Assembly: GCA_040900055.1 (NCBI GenBank)
Contig: JBBDZU010000007.1
Span: forward strand, 25,831 to 89,830
Source: Candidatus Saccharimonadales bacterium
Lineage (GTDB): Bacteria; Patescibacteriota; Saccharimonadia; Saccharimonadales; UBA10212
Reading direction: 5' to 3'
DNA length: 64,000 nucleotides
The notes below the pieces were generated by a model. The model did no database searches, had not been told where the DNA came from, and saw only the letters and a list, made by a program, of their open reading frames with translations. The position numbers and the translations under genes were made by a program. This document shows positions 35,961 through 45,005 of this stretch, piece by piece; the first letter of the stretch is position 1, and each line of letters starts with the position of its first letter.

Positions 35961-36941
35961 ATGTTGTCCGTTAGAAAGCTAATAAGCTCGGCTGGACTTG
36001 CAGCCATTATTGTCTTACCTATTCTGGCTTGGCAAAATGCCCAAGCCATAGAAGATTGGTGGCGGCTTCGCGACTATACGCCGTCGCAGGAAGTTGTAGC
36101 TTTAGCCACCGATACCAAAATGACCGACTTCGCGCGGCGAGTTTTTTACGTTAATCACCCTAGTTTAGTCGACGACGTTAAAAGTTTTCGCGAAAGCTGC
36201 CCGCAAAGCGAACAAACCATCGTACTGGGCTGTTATCTCTCAGGCCAAAACGGCATTACGGTTTACGAAGTAAAAGATGAGCGTCTAGCTAACGCGCCGG
36301 AAGTTACAGCTGCCCACGAGATGCTGCACGCTGCCTACGACCGCCTAAGTGATGATGAGCGTAGCCGTGTAAATAGTCTTCTAAACGATTACTACAAAAA
36401 CAGCTTAAACAACGAGCGAATTCTAGACACAATCGACCTTTACAAGCAGATCGAGCCGAATGATGTAGTGAACGAGATGCATTCCATCTTTGGCACAGAA
36501 ATATTAAGCCTGCCTACAGAGCTAGAAGATTACTACAAACGCTATTTTACGGACAGAAGCCTGGTGGCTATGTTAGCGGCTAGCTATGAGAAGGAGTTCG
36601 AGAGTAGGCAAACCCAAATAAAGGATTATGAGAACCAACTGGACGACCTAAGGGCTAGGATTTTAGCCGATGAACGTAGTTTAAGGAATCAATTGTCAGA
36701 CCTGGAGGCCGAGAGAAATCGCCTGGACTACTTAAAAGACTCCGGCCAGACCGAAGAATATAACGCTGCCGTACCTGGCTTTAACTCGATGGTGCGAAGC
36801 TATAACTCAGGCGCAAGGGACTATAATGCCAACGTTAAGGCTTATAACGACCTGCTAGCCGCCTACCGCAGAGTTGCCGGAGAACTGCAAAACTTATACA
36901 ACGCCATAGATACTAGGCTGACCACCCAGCCGGCTAACTAA
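35961..36941 (+). CDS. membrane-anchored protein with HExxH motif and coiled-coil C-terminus (hypothetical metallopeptidase-like)
   Basis: N-terminal helix (AGLAAIIVLPILAW), AAHEMLHAAY, then heptad-rich QIKDYENQLDDLRARILADERSLRNQLSDLEAERNRL. Confidence 0.6.
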   Translation: MLSVRKLISSAGLAAIIVLPILAWQNAQAIEDWWRLRDYTPSQEVVALATDTKMTDFARRVFYVNHPSLVDDVKSFRESCPQSEQTIVLGCYLSGQNGITVYEVKDERLANAPEVTAAHEMLHAAYDRLSDDERSRVNSLLNDYYKNSLNNERILDTIDLYKQIEPNDVVNEMHSIFGTEILSLPTELEDYYKRYFTDRSLVAMLAASYEKEFESRQTQIKDYENQLDDLRARILADERSLRNQLSDLEAERNRLDYLKDSGQTEEYNAAVPGFNSMVRSYNSGARDYNANVKAYNDLLAAYRRVAGELQNLYNAIDTRLTTQPAN

Positions 36942-39912
36942 CTACAGCGTCGTTAGATTTTTGCCCAGAACCATCTTGGGCATATACCACTGTTCCGGGC
37001 GGAGCGTTAGCATTTGGCACTGAACAACTGCCACTGCCCGAGCAAATTACCGCCGAACTAGTCTTATTGTATATCGTGACTGTGCCGGAGCCGCCTAACC
37101 AGCTAAAGTTAGTTGTTCCGCCTGCGCTGCTGGCCTGGAGGTTGCTTGGCGGGCTCGCCGCCGTCGTAAAATTTACGGTTTTACTGTCGGTTGAATCATA
37201 TAAAACGCTATCAATAACCTGGGCGCTAACAGTTTGGGACCCACTTGCAGACGGGCTATAGTTGTGTGTGCATGAAGTAGCAGAGCCTGACGTAGAACAG
37301 GTTTTGATTTCTGTACCGCCTACAGAGAGCTTAATACTGCCGGGCGATAAGGGATGGGTGCCAGCCGAAGCCGTGCCGGTAACCGTGTAGGTGCCGTTGC
37401 CATTGTCCGAGACCGTCAAGGTTATGACCGGCCTTGAGTCACTACATTTATGGACATCGTCCGTAGACGAGGCCGTAGCGCTATTTTGGGCGCCTCCGGC
37501 CGTACCGAAGAAAGTGTCAATCGAGAAGTTCTCGGCGGCGCTGCTGCCAGCGGCAGTCTGGCGGGCTAAGCTTGGCGTACAGCTGGTAGCTAGCTTGCCG
37601 GAAACCTTGTCTATAGTTGACGATTTAGCTACCGCCCCGGTTTTAGGCTTATACCAGGCAGGGTATAAGTCATTGGCCGGGCTAGGCTCGATAGTAGATG
37701 TACCAACATGGCTCCTAACCACGTAAGCCGGCAGAACCTGCACACTAGACGGTCTTGTCCAGTTGACGGCTTTTTCGCCGCTATGTGCACCATTCATCCA
37801 GCCCTGCCAAATTGGCCTGGTCATGTTTTCCATAAAGCCGCTTAAGACCTTTTGCCTGCTATGGTAGCCAACCCAAACACCAGCGGCATATTTAGTTGAA
37901 AAGCCCATCATCCAACCGTCTTTACCCTCGGCGGTGGTTCCGGTTTTTACGCCAAAATTCCAACCACTATAGCGGTGGGGCTTAATGGACATATAACTAG
38001 CCCGGGGGTCGCTCATCATGTCGGCTACTATGTAGGCGCTATCTGGTCGGACTACCTGCTTTTTTTCTGGTTCTTTTTCTGGCTGTCGCCATTTGTAACG
38101 GCTTTTGCCGTTGCTCTCTTTAATTTCCAAGATGTAAGTCTGTTTTAAGTAAGTGCCCAGCCGCGAGATAGTAGCAAAGCCATTAACATGCTCGTCTAGC
38201 CGTAGATAAGCGCCGTCACCAATACCGGCCGAGGCGTAACATGGCTCTTCATCTGAGGCGGTAGCGTTTGCCACGTCCGTACCGGCCGCGTAGCATTTGT
38301 AGCCGCTCCTTAGTCCCATAGCTTCAGCAGTACTGATGGTTTTTTCGACGCCGTTTATAAGAATGGCTTTAACGGCCGGGACGTTTCTAGAGCCGCCTAA
38401 GGCGTAACGAAGCGGAAGGGGGCCAGGGAAGCGAAAGTCATAATCGGCCAAGCAGTTTCCGCCATCTTTTGGCCGCGCTGGGTTAGTGCAAGGATAGCCC
38501 GGAAGAGGCTGCTTAACATCGTAAAGCACCGATCCGGCACCGGCGTTGGTGCTATTTTCTATTAGTGATACGTAATCGTAGGGCTTAAAGCTAGAGCCTG
38601 GCGGTAAGGGTTGTCTGGCATAGTTTATTTGGCCATATTCCGGGTTAGTAAAATCTGATCCACCGACTAGGGCTACCATTTGACCGGTTTTAATATCTTG
38701 GGCGACAAAAGCCGCTACGTCGCCGCCCTGGTTTCTAACTTGGCGAAGGCCTTTATTGACTTGCTCTTCAGCTAAATCTTGCAATTTAGCATCTAGGGTG
38801 GTTATCACCTTCCAGGCACCGACCTCGGCAGTTTTTTCTTCCTCGATTTTCTTGGTTAGCTCATTTTTGGCGGCCAAGACAAAGTAAGGGTGCTTAATGC
38901 CAGCAAATTGGGTCTGTTGAGGCTGTACCTGGGCTAAAATATCGACTTTTTTGGCGGCCTCGGCCTCTTCTTTGGTGATTTTTTTCGTATCGGCCATAAC
39001 GTCCAAAATGTAGTGCATTCTGCCTATTAGAGCTTCTTCATTAAAAAACTCTTGGTTATAGGGCGAATAAAAAGATGGCGCCCTAGGAATGGCTGCCAGC
39101 ATAGCCGACTGGGCTAAGGTTAGGTCTTTAGCAGAAGTATGGAAATAATCAGAAGCAGCTACTTGCACGCCGTAGTCTAAGCCGCCGTAAGGGGCAGTAT
39201 TAAGATAGCCGGTTAAAATCTCTTCCTTGGTATAAGTACGCTCTAGCTCAATGGCCAGTATCAGCTCTTTAACTTTTAAGATTATGTTGCGCTTTTGGCC
39301 AAAATCCTGGTTAAGCTTAACTAGCTGTTGGGTGATGGTTGAGCCTCCTTGGGTTCCACCGCCGCCAAAAATGTTCTGAAAAGCCGCCCGCATAATAGCC
39401 TTGGCGTCAAAGCCGCGATGCTTAAAAAAGTCGCGGTCTTCTACGGCTACGGTGGCATCTTTAATGTATTGGGATATTTGGTCGCCCTCTACCGGCACGC
39501 GCTTAATAGTGTTGTAGTCTTGCCAGAGCAGAGTTTCTCCAGTACGGTCGTAATAACTAATGCTGCCGCCTAGCCGGTCGCCGGAGATATCGTGCAGGTT
39601 GGGCAAAAATTTTCTAAAGTAAGCAAAAACCGCCAAGGTTAGAACAAAAAAGACAAATATAGAAACCCCAGCGACTTTAAGGGCCATAATACCGCCCTCA
39701 CGGCTAAACCAATATTCCTTCATATGTCCTAAATTAAAACGCCAGGCCCAGCGTTTTAGGCGAGATTTAGGCAAAGACTTCATACGCTCCAGCTTGCGGC
39801 CTTTGGCTGCTTGACTAGCAGTCCAACGACCACCAAGTGTGCGGTGGGCGCGCAGCGAAGATGACCGGCGACCAGCACTTCTTAAGCGTCTTGCCGAGCG
39901 TTTAAATATCAT
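36934..39912 (-). CDS. class A penicillin-binding protein (glycosyltransferase + transpeptidase) with basic N-terminal and Cys/Ser/Thr-rich C-terminal extensions
   Basis: GT51 motifs (EDRDFFKHRGFD, GGSTITQQLVK), transpeptidase SSFKP and KTGT. 992 aa. Confidence 0.93.
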   Translation of the reverse strand: MIFKRSARRLRSAGRRSSSLRAHRTLGGRWTASQAAKGRKLERMKSLPKSRLKRWAWRFNLGHMKEYWFSREGGIMALKVAGVSIFVFFVLTLAVFAYFRKFLPNLHDISGDRLGGSISYYDRTGETLLWQDYNTIKRVPVEGDQISQYIKDATVAVEDRDFFKHRGFDAKAIMRAAFQNIFGGGGTQGGSTITQQLVKLNQDFGQKRNIILKVKELILAIELERTYTKEEILTGYLNTAPYGGLDYGVQVAASDYFHTSAKDLTLAQSAMLAAIPRAPSFYSPYNQEFFNEEALIGRMHYILDVMADTKKITKEEAEAAKKVDILAQVQPQQTQFAGIKHPYFVLAAKNELTKKIEEEKTAEVGAWKVITTLDAKLQDLAEEQVNKGLRQVRNQGGDVAAFVAQDIKTGQMVALVGGSDFTNPEYGQINYARQPLPPGSSFKPYDYVSLIENSTNAGAGSVLYDVKQPLPGYPCTNPARPKDGGNCLADYDFRFPGPLPLRYALGGSRNVPAVKAILINGVEKTISTAEAMGLRSGYKCYAAGTDVANATASDEEPCYASAGIGDGAYLRLDEHVNGFATISRLGTYLKQTYILEIKESNGKSRYKWRQPEKEPEKKQVVRPDSAYIVADMMSDPRASYMSIKPHRYSGWNFGVKTGTTAEGKDGWMMGFSTKYAAGVWVGYHSRQKVLSGFMENMTRPIWQGWMNGAHSGEKAVNWTRPSSVQVLPAYVVRSHVGTSTIEPSPANDLYPAWYKPKTGAVAKSSTIDKVSGKLATSCTPSLARQTAAGSSAAENFSIDTFFGTAGGAQNSATASSTDDVHKCSDSRPVITLTVSDNGNGTYTVTGTASAGTHPLSPGSIKLSVGGTEIKTCSTSGSATSCTHNYSPSASGSQTVSAQVIDSVLYDSTDSKTVNFTTAASPPSNLQASSAGGTTNFSWLGGSGTVTIYNKTSSAVICSGSGSCSVPNANAPPGTVVYAQDGSGQKSNDAVVS

Positions 39913-40016
39913 ATCCCTCTTTCATTGTTCAAAAACTATTATAGCAAAGCACTTTGTTTAGCAACGGTGGCAGCAGTGCAACATTAAGCTATACTGTTAC
40001 CAGAGAGATACCGTTT

Positions 40017-41321
40017 ATGAAATTAAGTGAAGAATTAGCTTGGCGCGGGTTAATAAAAGATAAAACATTCCAGGATGTTAGCTGGTTGGACGAACCAAAA
40101 ACCTTTTATCACGGCGTTGACGCCACTGCTGACAGCTTAACTGTAGGTAATTTGGCAGTGTTAATGCTGGCACGGCGTCTTATTGAACGGGGATGGAAAG
40201 CGGTTATCTTGATAGGAGGCGCGACTAGCTTAATAGGCGATCCAGGTGGAAAGATCGCGGAACGTGAACTTATATCGCGTGACGAAATTAAACGCAACTC
40301 CAATGCAATTAGGAACCAAATTAATCAGCTCTTTGATGGTCAAGATTTTACACTAGTAGATAATTATGATTGGTGGAGTAAGTCAGCGACAAACGAAGGG
40401 ATGCTATATCTCGATTTCCTGAGAGAATATGGCAAAAAGTTTTCTATGACCGAGCTCATGCAGAGGGAATTTGTAACTGAACGCATGGGTGGAGGGGCTT
40501 CGGGAATTAGTTATGCAGAGTTTAGCTACGGGCTTGTGCAGGCATACGATTATTATAGGTTAAGCCTGAAAAGAGGAGATAAGGATGGTCAAGATGCTGT
40601 TCTGCAGGTAGGCGGCTCTGATCAATGGAGCAATATGTTGCTGGGGGTGGCTTTGATCCGGAAAATCGACAACAAAGAAGGACATAACAAAGAAGCACAT
40701 GCTCTGAGCATGCCTTTAATTGTAGATAAAGCCACCGGCCAAAAATTCGGAAAAACAGAGGCTGGGGCAATTTGGCTGGATCCGCAAAAAACTACGAGTA
40801 CTCAGTTTTACCAATTCTGGGTAAATACCGACGATGCAGATGTGGAAGATTACCTCAAGATATTTACACTGCTACCCAAAGATAAAATTGAGCACTATGT
40901 AATGAAACATAAATCTGCTCCTGAACACAGATACGCCCAACAGCAGCTAGCCTACGAAGTCACAAGAACTGTTCATGGAGAAGAAGCCCTAGACCGTGCA
41001 GAAAGAGTGACAGATTTGATAAGGGGCCGAGACTCAAACCTGCTAGATATAAAAGAGGAAGATGTCTCTGACATAAGAAATGAGATTGCATACACGAAAG
41101 CCAAAATAGGAGACTCAATACAGGAAAAGATCGTTGAAGTGAAGCTGGCTGCATCCAAAACAGAAGCAAATAGATTGATGGCTAGTAACGCGATATCAAT
41201 CAATGGTATTAAAGTACCCCCCCGTGTACAGAGTTTTAAAAAATCAGATTTTATCAATGGGCGGCTGCTAATTCGTCGCGGTAAAGCTTACAAAGATTCT
41301 GCCTTGATAGAGTTAGAATAG
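40017..41321 (+). CDS. tyrS: tyrosine--tRNA ligase (HIGH motif replaced by TVGN)
   Basis: GVDATADSLTVGNL...IGGATSLIGDPGGK...GGSDQWSNM...KFGKTE and a C-terminal S4-like domain. I take the start as the ATG at 40017 (MKLSEELAWRG). Confidence 0.9.
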   Translation: MKLSEELAWRGLIKDKTFQDVSWLDEPKTFYHGVDATADSLTVGNLAVLMLARRLIERGWKAVILIGGATSLIGDPGGKIAERELISRDEIKRNSNAIRNQINQLFDGQDFTLVDNYDWWSKSATNEGMLYLDFLREYGKKFSMTELMQREFVTERMGGGASGISYAEFSYGLVQAYDYYRLSLKRGDKDGQDAVLQVGGSDQWSNMLLGVALIRKIDNKEGHNKEAHALSMPLIVDKATGQKFGKTEAGAIWLDPQKTTSTQFYQFWVNTDDADVEDYLKIFTLLPKDKIEHYVMKHKSAPEHRYAQQQLAYEVTRTVHGEEALDRAERVTDLIRGRDSNLLDIKEEDVSDIRNEIAYTKAKIGDSIQEKIVEVKLAASKTEANRLMASNAISINGIKVPPRVQSFKKSDFINGRLLIRRGKAYKDSALIELE

Positions 41322-42092
41322 ATGGCTAAAGTCGGTGTTAAAAAAAGGGTTCGAAAAGCTAACCAGTACGATGACCCAAGATATAACTATCAAGATTATT
41401 GGGCAGGCCGAGAATACGAGCACGCCGCTGAAGAGCTGGCGATTAAACGGTTGCTGCGGGGTAAGCGCTTTAAAAATGCGGTGGACGTTGGCGGCGGCTA
41501 TGGACGCCTAAGCGTTTTTCTTACCAAATTTGCTGAGAAAGTAACTTTGGCCGAACCCAGCCAACAGCAGCTGGACATCGCTAAAATCTACCTAAAAGGT
41601 AATAAAAAAGTTGAAATGAGGCGGCTACAGGCCGCCGACCTGCAATTTAAGGATGGTGCAATTGATCTAGCGGTGGTTGTTAGGGTATTACACCATCTGC
41701 CCGATCCTATGACCGAACTCAAAGAAATTGCCAGAGTTTTAAAACCGGGCGGCACATTTATTTTAGAATTTGCCAACGACGCCCATTTTCTTAATCGTAT
41801 CCGCTACGGCGTCCGTGGTAAACGAGTTCCGCAAAAACCGGTAGACATCAGCAGCTCGCAGGGTAAGGGCGAAATTGCTTTTGTGAACCACCACCCAAAA
41901 ACCATTATTAAAATGCTTCAAGACGCCGGTTTTGAAGTTGAGGCAGTGCTATCCGGCTCTAACTTACGCTCGCCGCTGCTCAAGCGGGTAGTCGGCAAGC
42001 GCCCCTTGCTGGTGCTGGAAAAAATCCTCCAGCCGCTGCTGGCCCCCATCTATTTTGGTCCGAGTATCTGGCTAAAACTTACAAAGAAATAG
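41322..42092 (+). CDS. class I SAM-dependent methyltransferase
   Basis: VDVGGGYGRLS motif I and LKPGGTFILEF. Confidence 0.8.
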   Translation: MAKVGVKKRVRKANQYDDPRYNYQDYWAGREYEHAAEELAIKRLLRGKRFKNAVDVGGGYGRLSVFLTKFAEKVTLAEPSQQQLDIAKIYLKGNKKVEMRRLQAADLQFKDGAIDLAVVVRVLHHLPDPMTELKEIARVLKPGGTFILEFANDAHFLNRIRYGVRGKRVPQKPVDISSSQGKGEIAFVNHHPKTIIKMLQDAGFEVEAVLSGSNLRSPLLKRVVGKRPLLVLEKILQPLLAPIYFGPSIWLKLTKK

Positions 42093-42312
42093 CTTCATGC
42101 ATAGGTATGCTACCCATGAAGCGTAGCGCACTTTCAGTTTCTTTTCTTATGGCTTTCTTATAGCCTCGTTCCGTTCGGAAGATCTCCCGTTCAACTACCG
42201 TACTATTTACGACCCCGTCATCGGCGATTGAACGGATAGATACTTCTGCTTGCCGTTGACCTTCATCCAGCGTGTATTCCTTTACACGTACGTATACTGG
42301 TCTCTCTTCCAT
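42079..42312 (-). CDS. hypothetical small protein (77 aa)
   Basis: ATG at 42312 lies 6 nt after a minus-strand TATTAT box, the same geometry as other genes here. Divergent from recG. No family recognised. Confidence 0.4.
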   Translation of the reverse strand: MEERPVYVRVKEYTLDEGQRQAEVSIRSIADDGVVNSTVVEREIFRTERGYKKAIRKETESALRFMGSIPMHEAISL

Positions 42313-42361
42313 GTTGTAATAATAGTTATCTTTTTAACATAACGCAACATATACTTTTACT

Positions 42362-44398
42362 GTGCAACTAAGAAAACAAATTACAGAACTTAAGGGTGTG
42401 GGAGATGAGGTAGCTAAAAAGCTTGGCGTCCTTGGCGTAAAGACTATTGGCGACCTAATCGAACATTACCCCAGACGTTACGAGGATTACTCCAATGTCA
42501 TGCCGGTCGCCGAGCTAAAACCTGGCCCTGTGACTCTAAAAGCCAAAATCGGCAGCACAAGCGGCCGTTATGTACGTAGGGGGTTACACATTACCGAGGC
42601 TATTGCTACAGACTCCACCGGAAGCGTCCGCCTGATATGGTTTAACCAGCCTTATCGAGCCGGAGCCATTAAGCCCAACACCGAATACTTTATAGCCGGC
42701 GAATATGCGCTTAGGCGCAGCCGCTTTTCTATACTTAATCCTTCGGTTGAGCTAGTTAGCAACTTTCCGATTAGTACGGCCAGGATTATTCCAATTTACC
42801 GAGAGACCAAGGGCCTAAAATCGGCAACTATTAGAAAACTAATCCGCCAGGCAATTAACGAGGTCAGCCTGTGGCCGGAGCACCTGCCGGAGTGGCTAAT
42901 TAAAGAGCACAAGCTGATAGATTATCAAAAAGCTAATTTAGAAATGCACTTTCCGTCTTCTGTTACTGCCTTGGCTAAAGCCAAAAACCGACTTGGATTT
43001 GAAGAAGTATTCGAGTTAAGCTTGGCGGCCTTATTAAACAAAGCGGAATTAACCAAGGAAAAAGGCCTGGCGATCTCGTTTAAGCAAAAACTGGCCCAAG
43101 ATTTTGTAGCCAAATTGCCTTTTAAGCTTACGGACGCCCAGCGCAAGGCAATTTGGCAAATTTACCAAGACCTTAGCAAAACCCAGCCAATGAACCGGCT
43201 GGTGGAGGGCGATGTAGGTTCGGGTAAAACCGTAGTGGCAGTCATGGCGGCACTGATGGCTATAGCCGAAGGCTTTCAAGTTGCCTTGATGGCCCCGACT
43301 GAAATTTTGGCTCGTCAACACGCCCAAACCCTAGGCCAACTACTGGCCAGTGTTGGCTATCAGGACAAGCTTGGTCTGCTAATAGGCAGTTTAAAGCCAA
43401 CCGACAAACAAGCTATGCAAAAAGCTATCGCCAAAGGTGAAATTGGCTTTATTGTTGGCACCCACGCTTTAATTGCCGAGAAAGTTGACATGCATCGCCT
43501 TGGGCTGATTATCATCGATGAGCAGCACCGTTTTGGCGTGGCCCAGCGCAAGAAGCTTCAAGCCAAGGCTGGCCACATGCCGCACGTATTGCATATATCG
43601 GCCACCCCAATACCACGAAGTTTAGCGCTAACACTTTACGGCGAGTTGGATATTTCCATATTGGACCAAATGCCGGAAGGTCGGCAGTCTATAATCACTA
43701 AAATTTGCTCGCCAAATTCTCGTATGACTTTATATGCCGACATGAATAGAGAGCTGGATGAAGGGCGTCAGATGTTTATAGTCTGCCCTCTAATTACAGA
43801 TACCGAACTTAGTGGGGGGTTAAGTGTTGAAGAAGTTTATGAACGGCTAAGCAAGCGAGACTTTAAAAATAGGAGGGTGGGCTTGCTACATGGAAAGATG
43901 AAGGCAGACGAGAAGGAATCTGTCATGCAGAAGTTTTTGAATAGGGACTACGATATTTTAGTTAGCACCACAGTCATAGAGGTAGGAGTAGATGTGCCTA
44001 ATGCTTCAATAATGTTAGTAGAGGGCGCCGAGCGGTTTGGCCTGGCCCAAATCCACCAGCTGCGTGGGCGTGTCGGACGCGGGGCGCATCAAAGTTTTTG
44101 TTACCTAATGCTTAGTGACAGCCAAGCACCTAGCCAACGTCTAAATGCGCTAGAGACTATGAGCGACGGCTTTAAACTAGCTGAGCTTGATTTGCGCTTA
44201 CGCGGCCCAGGCGCCATTTACGGCACATCTCAGCACGGTGCCTTAGATCTTAGGGTGGCTAATTTAACAGATGTAAAACTTATTTCTGCGGCCAGAGGAG
44301 CGGCCAAACAATTTATCGACAAAAAAGAGAGCTTATCCAAATACCCTCACCTAAGTGCACGAGTCAGTGCCCTTCGCGCCGTAACCAACCTGAATTAG
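42362..44398 (+). CDS. recG: ATP-dependent DNA helicase RecG
   Basis: Wedge/OB N-terminus, GDVGSGKT, DEQHRFG and QLRGRVGRG helicase motifs. GTG start 6 nt after TATACT. Confidence 0.95.
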   Translation: MQLRKQITELKGVGDEVAKKLGVLGVKTIGDLIEHYPRRYEDYSNVMPVAELKPGPVTLKAKIGSTSGRYVRRGLHITEAIATDSTGSVRLIWFNQPYRAGAIKPNTEYFIAGEYALRRSRFSILNPSVELVSNFPISTARIIPIYRETKGLKSATIRKLIRQAINEVSLWPEHLPEWLIKEHKLIDYQKANLEMHFPSSVTALAKAKNRLGFEEVFELSLAALLNKAELTKEKGLAISFKQKLAQDFVAKLPFKLTDAQRKAIWQIYQDLSKTQPMNRLVEGDVGSGKTVVAVMAALMAIAEGFQVALMAPTEILARQHAQTLGQLLASVGYQDKLGLLIGSLKPTDKQAMQKAIAKGEIGFIVGTHALIAEKVDMHRLGLIIIDEQHRFGVAQRKKLQAKAGHMPHVLHISATPIPRSLALTLYGELDISILDQMPEGRQSIITKICSPNSRMTLYADMNRELDEGRQMFIVCPLITDTELSGGLSVEEVYERLSKRDFKNRRVGLLHGKMKADEKESVMQKFLNRDYDILVSTTVIEVGVDVPNASIMLVEGAERFGLAQIHQLRGRVGRGAHQSFCYLMLSDSQAPSQRLNALETMSDGFKLAELDLRLRGPGAIYGTSQHGALDLRVANLTDVKLISAARGAAKQFIDKKESLSKYPHLSARVSALRAVTNLN

Positions 44399-44458
44399 TT
44401 GGTAGTTTATTGTTGGTAGTTTTTAGATCTACAAACTACCAACTACAAACTGTAAACT
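44397..44458. repeat. 62-bp imperfect palindrome: four inverted heptads, AGATCT, four direct heptads (ACAAACT family)
   Basis: AGTTGGT AGTTTAT TGTTGGT AGTTTTT | AGATCT | ACAAACT ACCAACT ACAAACT GTAAACT. The last heptad contains TAAACT, 6 nt before the rsmD GTG. Confidence 0.75.
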
Positions 44459-44464
44459 GTTCTT

Positions 44465-44998
44465 GTGAGGATAATTACTGGATATTTAAAGGGACGGGAA
44501 TTTAGAACTCCACATAGTCATCGAACGCATCCTATGAGCGACAAGGTACGGGGCGCGCTATTTAACATTTTGGGCGATATTGGAGGCCTCATCCTTTTGG
44601 ATGCCTTTGCTGGCAGCGGCGCCCTAAGCCTAGAAGCCGTTAGCCGCGGCGCAAAAGAAGTTGTAGCTATCGATAAAGATAGCCCGGCTCACAAAATTCT
44701 AGAGCAAAACGTCAAAGAGCTTGGAGTTAGCGATCGCATAAAAATAATTCGTGCTAACAGCTCTGGTTGGAGCCAGAATAATCAAGATAAAAAGTTTGAT
44801 TTAATGTTTTTAGATCCGCCCTATGACCAGCTTCAGCTACCGCTCCTAAAAACATTCGCTGAAAGACATGTTAAATCAGGCGGCATTTTGGTACTTTCGT
44901 ACCCCGGAAAATCGACAGCCCCAGAATTTGAAAATTTTAAAATCATCGCCAATAAAAACTACGGTGACTCCCAGCTCGTTTTTTGTCGAAAGGTATAA
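44465..44998 (+). CDS. rsmD: 16S rRNA (guanine966-N2)-methyltransferase RsmD
   Basis: RIITG...R.T.D.VR.ALFN, DAFAGSGAL and LDPPY motifs. 177 aa. Confidence 0.9.
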   Translation: MRIITGYLKGREFRTPHSHRTHPMSDKVRGALFNILGDIGGLILLDAFAGSGALSLEAVSRGAKEVVAIDKDSPAHKILEQNVKELGVSDRIKIIRANSSGWSQNNQDKKFDLMFLDPPYDQLQLPLLKTFAERHVKSGGILVLSYPGKSTAPEFENFKIIANKNYGDSQLVFCRKV

Positions 44999-45005
44999 TT
45001 TAGAT

